A stretch of DNA of 17,955 bases from Oligoflexia bacterium (GCA_043732485.1 JAYTHP010000040.1:1-17955), one strand, 5' to 3'; counted from the first letter of the stretch, positions 8,175 through 17,011 are shown. Notes: generated by a model not told the origin, from the letters alone. Program-made: numbers and translations.

Positions 8175-9401
8175 ATGGAAATGACCAAGAGGCAAAATTT
8201 ACCGACTGGACCGACTGGATTACCGCCCGGGCTATGGGTGGTGGCAACACCGATTGGTAATTTGGCTGACTTTTCCGAACGCGGCAAACTAGCCTTAGCC
8301 AGCGCGGACTGGATCCTGTGTGAGGACACCAGGCGCACCCAGCAGCTCTTAGGGCAGGTCTTTGACGCGGGGGAGTCGTCGTCGCCGCTTGCCTCTTCTC
8401 GTGGGCTCAGCGTTAGTTCTTTGACGAAAAAGCTGCGGCGCTTTGATGCTCATGTCGAGCATCAGTCTACCTCTCAGTCTACCTCGAGGCATAAGGATGC
8501 CCGAGCTTTATCTTCGGAGCTTTCGCCTCTTGCGTTTTGGCTGAAGCAGCTGCGCTTGGGTTTTTCGGTAGCTTTAGTCAGTGACGCGGGAACGCCTGCG
8601 GTGAGTGATCCGGGGGCGCTGCTCGTGCGTCAGGCGCGAGAGGCTGGCATTCGGGTCAGTCCGATCCCCGGTGCCTCGATGGTTGCAGCGCTCTGGTCGA
8701 TTGCTGGGATCAGTGAGACGGGCTTCTCTTTTTTAGGGTTCTTCCCTCGCAAAAAATCTGAGCAACTCGCTTTATTAAGCCAGCTGCGTGGGGGGGAGGG
8801 CAGCGTTGGTCGTGCCAGTCGGGCGGCTCGAGCAGTAAGATTGCCGCAGGCTTTTTTGTGGTTTGAGAGCCCGCACCGGTTGCAAGCCTCGTTGGAGCTG
8901 ATTGCCCAGCAGTGGGGGGAGGCCGAGTGGGTGGTGGCAAAAGAGCTGACGAAGCTGCATGAAAAAGTGATCGCAGGGCAAGCGGCTGCGGTCCTAGCGC
9001 AAGTTACCGCTGAGATCGCGCTGCACGGTGAAAAGGGCGAATGGGCGTTTTTAATCTCCTTGCCAGTGGCAAAGCGCGAAGACCGGCTCGGGGGAGTGGG
9101 TCTCGCTGGAGGAGCTGGCATGGAGGTGCTTGACGAGACCGCGGAGTGGGAGCAGGCAGAGGGTGAGGCGGAGAATGGACCCGAGACTAAAACGAAGGGT
9201 GAGGCTTCCCGCCTGATGCCTGCTCCCGCCTTTCAGACACCCGGTGTGCCTCTTGACGCCTCGGCCGCCTGGCCAATGGCGCTTGAGTGTTTACTCGGCT
9301 GTGGGGTCTCGGTGCGGGAGGCTTCGCAAAAAGTGAGTCAGGTCTTTCAGGTGCCTAAGCGCGTGGTTTATGCGGCGGCCCTTGCCTCACAAAAGCGCTA
9401 A
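8175..9401 (+). CDS. rsmI: 16S rRNA (cytidine1402-2'-O)-methyltransferase with several insertions
   Basis: LWVVATPIGNLAD, CEDTR, ALVSDAGTPAVSDPG, PIPGAS, FLGFFPRK, FESPHRL, AKELTKLHE, KGE motifs. Confidence 0.95.
   Translation: MEMTKRQNLPTGPTGLPPGLWVVATPIGNLADFSERGKLALASADWILCEDTRRTQQLLGQVFDAGESSSPLASSRGLSVSSLTKKLRRFDAHVEHQSTSQSTSRHKDARALSSELSPLAFWLKQLRLGFSVALVSDAGTPAVSDPGALLVRQAREAGIRVSPIPGASMVAALWSIAGISETGFSFLGFFPRKKSEQLALLSQLRGGEGSVGRASRAARAVRLPQAFLWFESPHRLQASLELIAQQWGEAEWVVAKELTKLHEKVIAGQAAAVLAQVTAEIALHGEKGEWAFLISLPVAKREDRLGGVGLAGGAGMEVLDETAEWEQAEGEAENGPETKTKGEASRLMPAPAFQTPGVPLDASAAWPMALECLLGCGVSVREASQKVSQVFQVPKRVVYAAALASQKR
8462..8485 (+). repeat. Perfect 12-bp tandem duplication inside rsmI
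   Basis: TCAGTCTACCTC x2, encoding QSTS-QSTS. Confidence 0.9.
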
Positions 9402-9441
9402 GGCTTGGCTTGGCTTGGCTCGGCTCGGGGGGAGGGGGGGG
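9402..9441 (+). repeat. Pentanucleotide simple repeat plus G tracts upstream of the LRR array
   Basis: (GGCTT)3(GGCTC)2 at 9402-9426, then G6-A-G8 at 9427-9441. Confidence 0.9.
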
Positions 9442-9504
9442 CAGGGAGACGCGGCGCTAACATTTTCGATGGTAGGGACGCTTTTTTGTTGGTACTCTTC
9501 AAGT

Positions 9505-11619
9505 ATGAGCAAGAAAAGCAAACAGTTGACATCCTCCAGCAAGCAATTCTCTGGCTTCACGTACGGCGCAGTCCTGGGCTTTTGGCTGGGGAGTGCGTTG
9601 AGCCTCGTTCTCCCGCTCCCTTTGGCCCATGCAGGGGGGGGGGATGGTTTATCGTGGCTTTTGTCGAGTCTCAGGCAGGAGTGGCCACCCAGTGCTCGGG
9701 GTCAGGTCTTGAAGATCACTCAGTTACCGGACGAGGTGTTGCTGGCCATCGGCAATCGCTGTGGGGGTCGGGACCGTGCGCGGTTTGCTTGCAGTCATCC
9801 CAACGTCCATCGGGTTTTATCGGACTTTTCGCTTCTGTTGTATACTAGGTCGCAGGCCAACGACGCACCTCAGGAAGTTCAGGAACTGAGCTTGATGCAA
9901 TTCCTGGCTCAGAAGTCAGACTATACCTCCAATGCCCTCAACCTTCGAGTGGAGAATCTCAAGCAATTCAAAGTACTGCTCGAGTTCATGGGAAAACCCG
10001 AGAGTCGTTTATTTAACAGGCTCAAAATCAAGCTGGCCTTTCCGGGTAACGACATCAAGACTTCGGATTGGGGGCTGTTGCGTCATTGCTCCTTACTCAA
10101 TTCCCTTGAGATCAGCAGTGCTGGGATTGATGGGGCGGGGGGTGCGGCGATTGCGGCAAATCTTCATCATCTCCGCCATCTCTTGCATCTCGATCTGTCT
10201 CATAACCCTCTGGGATACGGGAGCGGGTTGATTGCAGCCCAGCTGGCTTGCGTCCCGGAGCTTTTGACACTCAATTTGACTCGCACGCATATGACTACAG
10301 TCGAAGTCGAGACCCTGGCCCGTCATTTGCCCGACGTCCCTCAACTTTTGCATCTCCATCTAGCAGAAAACATTCTTTGGCCGGAAGGAGCTACGATGCT
10401 AGGCCCGCAATTGCCGCGCCTGTCTCATCTCTTAACACTTGATCTTGGAGGGACTTTGCTTGCTCCAGAAGGGGTAAGCGAGATCGTCTCGCACCTGCAG
10501 GCACTCCCGCACCTCGAGAGGCTAAGTTTGTGGGGCAACGGTATTGACTCGCAAGAATTTTTGCAAGTTGCAGGGGCACTACCGCACCTTCCGCAGCTTT
10601 CACATCTTAATCTGGGGGGTGGTCATGAGATCACTCAACAGGCGGCTGAGGCGCTTGCTGCGCAATTTCCTCGTCTTGGGCACCTGTCCCACCTTGACCT
10701 GTCCCAATGCTCAATGGATCCGCAAGCCGTGCTGGCAATCGCTGCAGGCCTGCGTCACTTGCCTGAGCTGTCAGCGCTGAACCTTCAGGGTACTGAGGTG
10801 TTCCAGCCAGGAGCTGAGGCGATAGCCCTAGCCCTTCCTTACGTCCCCCAACTGAGACGGCTTGATTTGTGCTCGAGTAAGATCAGCGCGCAAGGTGCGA
10901 CGGCGATTGCGACAGGTCTTCGCCATGTGCGTCATCTGCAGGAGCTTGGTTTGAGTCAGTGCGAAATAGGACCCCAAGGGGCTGACGCGCTTGCCAAGCA
11001 ATTGCATCAAGTGACCGAGCTTAAGACGTTAAGGCTTGCCGGTAATGGCATTACAACTCCCGCAGCGCAAGCCCTAGCGGAAAGCCTGCGTCACCTTGCT
11101 CAGCTGACGGAGCTTGATCTTGGCAATAACCTACTGGATTCGGTGGGTGTTGTGGCTTTAGCCGCGCATTTAATTCATACGCCCCAACTCGCTAAGCTTT
11201 TTTTAAATGCTACAGGGGTCGATTCCGCGGGAGCCGAGGCCTTAGCAAGCAGCCTATCTTGGGTTAAAAAACTTGAAGAGTTGCAGCTGGCAAATAATAG
11301 AATCACTCCGCAAGCAGCAGTGCGGCTTGCGGAGCAATTACCTCATGCTCCCCGCCTTTCTCGTTTGAATCTAGGTGGTAATCGTATCGGTCCAGCAGGA
11401 GCCCAGGGATTAGCAAAAGCCTTAAGTCGACTCCCTGAGCTTGCTGAGTTGTTGCTCTATGGTAATGGCATTGAGAAAGACGGGGCTGAGGCGATCGCAA
11501 AAATGGTGATGCACCTCCCGCACATGCGGTACCTACAGATGGCGGACAATGAACTATCGTTGGCCTCAGAAGCGATCATTCGCAAAATAGTGCCCCAGGA
11601 TTGCCGCCTCGAGCTCTGA
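9505..11619 (+). CDS. Signal peptide + F-box-like + RI-like LRR protein, paralogue 1 (704 aa, 18 LRRs; start revised from 9370)
   Basis: MSKKSK..hydrophobic..LAHA; ITQLPDEVLLAIGNRCGGRDRARFACSHPNVHRVL; 28-aa LxxLxLxxNxIxxxGAxxLAxxL repeats. ATG 9505 aligns with the starts of paralogues 3 and 4 and avoids overlap with rsmI. Confidence 0.88.
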   Translation: MSKKSKQLTSSSKQFSGFTYGAVLGFWLGSALSLVLPLPLAHAGGGDGLSWLLSSLRQEWPPSARGQVLKITQLPDEVLLAIGNRCGGRDRARFACSHPNVHRVLSDFSLLLYTRSQANDAPQEVQELSLMQFLAQKSDYTSNALNLRVENLKQFKVLLEFMGKPESRLFNRLKIKLAFPGNDIKTSDWGLLRHCSLLNSLEISSAGIDGAGGAAIAANLHHLRHLLHLDLSHNPLGYGSGLIAAQLACVPELLTLNLTRTHMTTVEVETLARHLPDVPQLLHLHLAENILWPEGATMLGPQLPRLSHLLTLDLGGTLLAPEGVSEIVSHLQALPHLERLSLWGNGIDSQEFLQVAGALPHLPQLSHLNLGGGHEITQQAAEALAAQFPRLGHLSHLDLSQCSMDPQAVLAIAAGLRHLPELSALNLQGTEVFQPGAEAIALALPYVPQLRRLDLCSSKISAQGATAIATGLRHVRHLQELGLSQCEIGPQGADALAKQLHQVTELKTLRLAGNGITTPAAQALAESLRHLAQLTELDLGNNLLDSVGVVALAAHLIHTPQLAKLFLNATGVDSAGAEALASSLSWVKKLEELQLANNRITPQAAVRLAEQLPHAPRLSRLNLGGNRIGPAGAQGLAKALSRLPELAELLLYGNGIEKDGAEAIAKMVMHLPHMRYLQMADNELSLASEAIIRKIVPQDCRLEL
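9634..9643 (+). repeat. G10 homopolymer in the 5' coding region of LRR paralogue 1
   Basis: GCA GGG GGG GGG GAT directly after the predicted signal-peptidase site. Confidence 0.9.
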
Positions 11620-12059
11620 CTGCTTCTTCTCTCCCTCCTCCTCTCCCCCGATCCTGTGTGGGGTGCGTTCTCGATGAGAGCGCTGGATGAGAGAGGGGTA
11701 AGGGTGGCTGAGCTGTGTTTTGCTGAGCTGCACTCTGGTTGTCGCTCGGTTTAGTCCCATGGGCACGGGGTGCATGCGGACGTCAGAAGAAAAGCTTTTG
11801 ATGCTGGAGCTCTCTTGACCTGCAGGCTTTGCCCGGGTGGTCTTCGGGTGGTCTAAGGTCCAGTAGGGTGAAGCGACTGGGGTTAACGAGCGCTTGAGTT
11901 GGCCTGCGCTTGACTCGTGAGGCTTAACGCTGGCTTTTAACGCTTCTCCGCAAAGCTACCTTTGAAAGCTGATCTTCCAGGCTCCGCCTTAGGCACCGCA
12001 ATGAGGCGAGGTTCTTATTGGAGCGTGCAGCTAGGACCGGATTTTGTGTACGAAATCAC

Positions 12060-12089
12060 TTGACAAGAGCTAGTCTTTGCAGTTAAGCC
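12060..12089 (+). promoter_or_regulatory. Candidate promoter for LRR paralogue 2 (possibly leaderless transcript)
   Basis: Perfect TTGACA at 12060-12065, poor -10 (TTAAGC/TAAGCC), ATG at 12097 with no Shine-Dalgarno. Confidence 0.25.
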
Positions 12090-12096
12090 TCTGCTC

Positions 12097-14232
12097 ATGA
12101 TTATCAATCAATTTCAGTTGAAAAAAACATTTTTTCAGCGTTTACTTCGCTGGGTTGGAGCAGGGGTCTTGGGGTGTGTTTGTAGTATCCCGCTCCACCC
12201 ACTCGAGCGCATTGCGGCGGCAAACGACGGAGAAGTGGGTGCTGGTGCGCAAGTAAATTTGCTCGCAACAAGAGGGTTGCCGGTGATGGACGAGAGCGCA
12301 GGAAACCGCGAGCCTGTCGCGCAGTTGACCGAGCTCCCTCCTGAAGCCTTGCGCGAGATTGGCGCCCGTTTGTCTGGCCGTGATCGTGCCTGGTTTGCCT
12401 GCAGTCATCCCGAGGTCAACCGGGTTCTTTCTAACTGTTCTGCGATTTTTCATGCCAGGGTACAGTCGAGCGATGAGCCACAAAACGTCGAAGAACTGGC
12501 TTTCCCGCAGTTTCTGGCGAGGAAGTGGAACTATACTTCTAATGCCTTAAATATCCGTGTTGCCAATCTCAGGCAACTCAAAGCGCTCTTAACGTTCATG
12601 GGGAAGCCTGAGAGTCGTTTATTTAACCAGCTAAAGATCACGCTGGACTTTGATGGTAAGGGTGTCGCCCCTCACCAAGTGTGGGGTCTTTTACGTCACT
12701 GCTCTTTGCTCAACGGGCTTTGGATCAGTGGGGGTGGGATTGATAATGCGGGTGCTGCGGTAATTGCCAGTAATCTCCACCGTTTACCTCACTTGCTCGA
12801 TCTCAATATGAGCGCAAACGAGATAGGTTTTGAGGGAGTGGCGGCCCTGGCCCACCATTTTCGCGATGTTCCACGCCTTGAGCATCTCAATCTCGCGAGG
12901 TTGAAATTGGAGCTACAAGGAGTCGCGGCAATTGCGGCCCATTTGCATCACCTCCCGCAGCTTTTGACTCTGAATCTGGAGCAGACCCAACTCGAGGCGC
13001 GGGGTGCGGAGTTGCTAGCTGCTCATTTTCGGGATGTGCCTCGCTTACTCCACCTTCAGCTAGCGGACAACCAGTTGGGTCCACAAGCTGTAGGCAAGCT
13101 GGTTGCGCAATTGCATCATCTTCCCCGTCTTTTAACTCTGAATCTGGGGAGTAATCGGCTTGATGCTAGCGTCATTCAAGCCTTAGCAAGCGAGCTGCAG
13201 CATCTCCCGCAGCTTTCAAGCTTGGGCCTGCGTGCGAGCGAGGTCAGCAGTGAGGCTGCCGAGGCGCTTGCGGCTCATTTCCCCCAAGTCCCGAGACTCG
13301 CCAAGCTTGATTTGTCGACTTGTCAGCTCGGTCTTTCAGCCCTACAGGCGATCAGCGAAGGGCTGCAGCTCCTTCCGGCCTTGCTGAGTTTGAATCTGGC
13401 CGGAAATGCTTTAAGTACGCAAGGAGCTGAGGCTTTAGCCCTAGGTCTGAGGCAAGTGCCCCGTCTTTTGAGACTTGATTTGTCTGCAAGCAGCATGGGG
13501 GAACAGGCGGCCCAGATCCTGGTGGGCTCTTTGCGTTATCTCCCAAGCCTTTTGCGACTCGATTTGAGTGAATGCGACATCGGTCCGCTGGGCGCACAGG
13601 CACTTGCTAATCGATTAAAGCAATTGCCGCAACTTTTAGGCTTGCGACTGAGGAGCAATGGCATTGGGCTTGAAGCCGGGCGGTCCTTAGCACTCAGCCT
13701 CAGGTTCGTTCCGAGACTGGCGGAGCTCGATCTTGGGAACAACGGTTTAGGACCAGAAGGCGCGTTAGTCTTTGCCGAGCAGTTGATCCAGGTCCCGCAA
13801 CTGATGAGCTTTGTTTTTGATAATAACGAGATTGCTTCAAAAGGCGCTGCAGCACTCGCGCAAAACTTGCACCGGGTGGGGAGATTGGAAAAGTTGGATC
13901 TAGCTTCGAATCTCATTGATACGGAAACGGCAGACCTACTGGGGGCGCAGTTAGCTCGCTTACCCCGTCTTCAGAACCTCGATTTGTGTTTGAATCCAAT
14001 CGGTCCATTATTGCCTGAGGCTTTAGCGCAAGGCCTTCGTCAACTTCCTGAGCTTGCGTATCTGTCGCTTGCTAATGCTGAATTGGGCTGTGAAGCTGCT
14101 GAGGCTATGACAACTGTTTTGCCTCATTTGCCGCGTTTAAGAGTGCTGCAGTTGTGGGGTAATGAAATTCCTCCCGCTTCACAAGAGCGTGTCCGCCGTG
14201 TGAAACCCTATGGTTGTTTGCTCCTGATGTAG
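12097..14232 (+). CDS. Signal peptide + F-box-like + RI-like LRR protein, paralogue 2 (711 aa, 18 LRRs)
   Basis: N-terminal basic/hydrophobic segment ending IAAA; LTELPPEALREIGARLSGRDRAWFACSHPEVNRVL; 28-aa LRRs. Confidence 0.9.
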   Translation: MIINQFQLKKTFFQRLLRWVGAGVLGCVCSIPLHPLERIAAANDGEVGAGAQVNLLATRGLPVMDESAGNREPVAQLTELPPEALREIGARLSGRDRAWFACSHPEVNRVLSNCSAIFHARVQSSDEPQNVEELAFPQFLARKWNYTSNALNIRVANLRQLKALLTFMGKPESRLFNQLKITLDFDGKGVAPHQVWGLLRHCSLLNGLWISGGGIDNAGAAVIASNLHRLPHLLDLNMSANEIGFEGVAALAHHFRDVPRLEHLNLARLKLELQGVAAIAAHLHHLPQLLTLNLEQTQLEARGAELLAAHFRDVPRLLHLQLADNQLGPQAVGKLVAQLHHLPRLLTLNLGSNRLDASVIQALASELQHLPQLSSLGLRASEVSSEAAEALAAHFPQVPRLAKLDLSTCQLGLSALQAISEGLQLLPALLSLNLAGNALSTQGAEALALGLRQVPRLLRLDLSASSMGEQAAQILVGSLRYLPSLLRLDLSECDIGPLGAQALANRLKQLPQLLGLRLRSNGIGLEAGRSLALSLRFVPRLAELDLGNNGLGPEGALVFAEQLIQVPQLMSFVFDNNEIASKGAAALAQNLHRVGRLEKLDLASNLIDTETADLLGAQLARLPRLQNLDLCLNPIGPLLPEALAQGLRQLPELAYLSLANAELGCEAAEAMTTVLPHLPRLRVLQLWGNEIPPASQERVRRVKPYGCLLLM

Positions 14233-14522
14233 GAAATTCGCTCTTTTTTTTGTTCATGAATCGCTTAACTGGGGTGCCTTATTTGTGGGCTTGCGCTTGG
14301 ATGCCTCTTTGGCTGTTTCGTTGTCGTGCTGTTCAGTAGTTGTTTCACCTTTGAGAGGGTGATCTGTCAGCGTACTTTACAAAAAGTGCAGCCTTCGCAC
14401 ACTGTGTCCGCCTCGCTGAGCAAAATGTGCAGCTCTCTGAGGCGCAGGAGTTGGGTGCTTGCGGGCCTTAGGTCATGGGGGTTTGGGTGGGTTGCCACCT
14501 TGCAGGGGAGTAGGAGAGAGGT

Positions 14523-16781
14523 ATGAAAAAGACAAAGTTGACAAAAAAACTCAAGATTAGGTGTCGTCTCACCCTAGGAGCCGCCGTGACCTTTTTGCTG
14601 GGTAACCCCTTAGGTGTGCTTCATCCCAAGCTTGCTTTAGCAAACCCTGGAGACGACTTGTTACCGCTTGGGTTCACTGCCGCGTCGGAGTTATCCGCGG
14701 CTGGCGGTAACACTCACATTGACAGGCACGACAAACCGAACACCAACACCCCTACCAACGCCGAGTTCGCAAGCGGTGCAATCTTGCCGATCACCCAGTT
14801 ACCTGCTGAGGCCTTGCGCGGAATTGGCGACCACTTAGGCGGCCGGGACCGCGCGCGGTTTTCCTGCAGTCATTCGGAGGTGAACCGGGTTTTATCGGAC
14901 TTTGCGGCGATTTTACTGGTGCGGGAGCGGGCTAACGATGAGCCTGAGAACGCTCAAGAACTGAGGTTCCCGGAGTTTCTCGCTGAGAAGTGGCATTATG
15001 CTTCCAATGCCCTCAATCTTCGGGTCGCAAATCTCCATCAATTTAGGGCACTTTTGGAGTTGATGGGGAAACCCGAGAGCCGATCGTTTCACCGGCTCAA
15101 GATCAATCTCGATTTTCCGGGTCAGGACATTCCTGCCGAGACTTGGGGTCTGTTAAGGCATTGCTCCCAGCTGCACTCGCTTGAGATGACCAAGGGTCGG
15201 CTCGGACATGCGGGTGCTCAGGGACTTGCAGCCAATTTACATCATCTGCCTCACTTGTTGCATCTCAATTTGACGGATAACCTGCTAGCGACTGAGGGGA
15301 CGTTTGCCCTTGCCGCCCACCTGCAAGATGTGCCACGCCTCTTGCATCTCAATCTTTCGAAAAACTATCTGGGGCAGGCAGGAGCGGGATGGATTGCGGA
15401 TCAGTTGCCTCATCTCCCCCATCTGTTGACGCTCAATCTCGATCGCACTCATCTGGATCAGCAAGGCGTTGAGGCGCTTGCGGCCCACTTGCAGGATGCT
15501 CCACACCTGTTACACCTTCATCTTGCAGACAACTATTTCGGACCGCAAGGTGCGGCGACACTGATCCCGCAATTGCACCACCTATCGCAACTCTTAACGC
15601 TCGATCTTCAGGAGAATCGAATCGGTTCTGCTGCGATGCTGGGCATTGCTGCGCAATTGCACCACTTGCCTAGGCTTTGGGGTTTGAGCTTGGGCAACAA
15701 TGATCTTGACTCCCAAGCTGTCAGGCGCATTTTAGACCAGCTGCAGCACCTCCCGCATCTGCGGAACTTGAGTTTGCGTGGGAGCGTCATTAATCGAGAA
15801 GCTGCTGTTGCGCTTGCTGATCAATTGCACCTTGTCCCAAGGCTGACCAAACTTGAATTAGACTATTGTCAACTCCCCTTGGAAGGCTGGTTGGCAATTA
15901 CTGCAGGCTTGCGCCATGTCCCCGAGCTTTTGACTTTGAACCTGCAAGGGAATAGGCTAGGCACGCCAGGTGCCGTGAATTTAGCCTCAGGTCTGCGTCA
16001 CGTGACTCGGCTCTTACGTCTGGATCTGGGGAGTAGCGAACTGGGAACGGCGGGGGCTGAGGCACTTGTGGCAGGACTGCGCCATGTGCATCAGCTTGAT
16101 TATCTAAATTTAGAGAGTTGTGGGCTTGCTCCCCGAGGCGCTGTGGCGCTTGCGCAGCAGTTGCACCACCTCCCCCGTCTTTCGGTCTTACTGCTTCGAG
16201 ATAACGGCATTGATGCCCAAGCCGGAACGGCTTTAGCAGGCAGTTTCAGGCACAATCCCCGCTTAGCGAGGCTTGATCTTGGGAGGAACGAGTTGGGTCC
16301 ACAAGGGGCGGTGGCGCTTACAGAAAGTTTGGCTCATCTCCCGCAGCTTGCGGTGCTTACGTTTTATTCAAACCAGATGGGTCCAGTAGGCGCTGAAGCG
16401 CTAGCAAGAAGCCTGCATTGGATCAAGGGATTGGTCGAGTTGAACCTCAATCTCAATCAAATCGGTCCCCAGGCCACCCGTCTGCTTGCGGCCCATTTGT
16501 ACGAGGTCCCCAAGCTTTCTGTCCTGCTTTTGGGTGATAGTCAGATGGGGCCAGAAGGAGCCGAGGCGCTAGTAGTAGGACTAGCGGATCTGACTCAGCT
16601 TACTTCCTTGAGTCTCTTTCAAAATGGTCTTGGTAGACCGGGTGCTGAGTCTCTCGTGGGGTCATTACAGCGCTTCCCGCACCTGAGGGAGCTGTCGCTT
16701 GGGGGTAATGCGATCCCGGAAGAGCTGAAGGCTAACATCCGGGGCTTGGTACCTAGGGGCTGTAGGCTGTTTCTGGATTAG
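14523..16781 (+). CDS. Signal peptide + F-box-like + RI-like LRR protein, paralogue 3 (752 aa, 19 LRRs)
   Basis: MKKTKLTKKLK..LALA; ITQLPAEALRGIGDHLGGRDRARFSCSHSEVNRVL; 28-aa LRRs; AGGAG ribosome-binding site. Confidence 0.92.
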   Translation: MKKTKLTKKLKIRCRLTLGAAVTFLLGNPLGVLHPKLALANPGDDLLPLGFTAASELSAAGGNTHIDRHDKPNTNTPTNAEFASGAILPITQLPAEALRGIGDHLGGRDRARFSCSHSEVNRVLSDFAAILLVRERANDEPENAQELRFPEFLAEKWHYASNALNLRVANLHQFRALLELMGKPESRSFHRLKINLDFPGQDIPAETWGLLRHCSQLHSLEMTKGRLGHAGAQGLAANLHHLPHLLHLNLTDNLLATEGTFALAAHLQDVPRLLHLNLSKNYLGQAGAGWIADQLPHLPHLLTLNLDRTHLDQQGVEALAAHLQDAPHLLHLHLADNYFGPQGAATLIPQLHHLSQLLTLDLQENRIGSAAMLGIAAQLHHLPRLWGLSLGNNDLDSQAVRRILDQLQHLPHLRNLSLRGSVINREAAVALADQLHLVPRLTKLELDYCQLPLEGWLAITAGLRHVPELLTLNLQGNRLGTPGAVNLASGLRHVTRLLRLDLGSSELGTAGAEALVAGLRHVHQLDYLNLESCGLAPRGAVALAQQLHHLPRLSVLLLRDNGIDAQAGTALAGSFRHNPRLARLDLGRNELGPQGAVALTESLAHLPQLAVLTFYSNQMGPVGAEALARSLHWIKGLVELNLNLNQIGPQATRLLAAHLYEVPKLSVLLLGDSQMGPEGAEALVVGLADLTQLTSLSLFQNGLGRPGAESLVGSLQRFPHLRELSLGGNAIPEELKANIRGLVPRGCRLFLD

Positions 16782-17011
16782 GCTTGATTGAGGGTAACGG
16801 CTGTGGAGGGTCACCGCCCCAGGAGCGCTCAAAAAGGGGCGGAAAGTCCCGGAGCTTTTGACGGGGTGGCTGCTTGCGCTAGGTTTGCAGTAGGCTCGCA
16901 CGAGGTCGACTAGGGACCTGCGCTTCAAGTCGCGCGCGGGCGGATTTCGCTTTGGCAGGTCGAATCAAAGTAGAGGAGAAACTAGGAGTAGGTAGCACTA
17001 GTAGTAAAATA

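Noticed and set aside
9370..9504. ORF-track start of LRR paralogue 1 at 9370
   Set aside because: Overlaps rsmI, translates a simple repeat and buries the signal peptide; ATG 9505 matches the paralogues.
14233..14252. T8 run after paralogue 2 as an intrinsic terminator
   Set aside because: No convincing GC stem precedes it.
14538..14543. TTGACA near the 5' ends of paralogues 1, 3 and 4
   Set aside because: In-frame Leu-Thr codons of the homologous leader; no convincing -10 element.
95..16928. Many 60-163 aa antisense or out-of-frame ORFs (e.g. 5615-6046, 8630-9121, 9405-9848, 13536-13916)
   Set aside because: They overlap well-supported genes and show no recognisable motifs.
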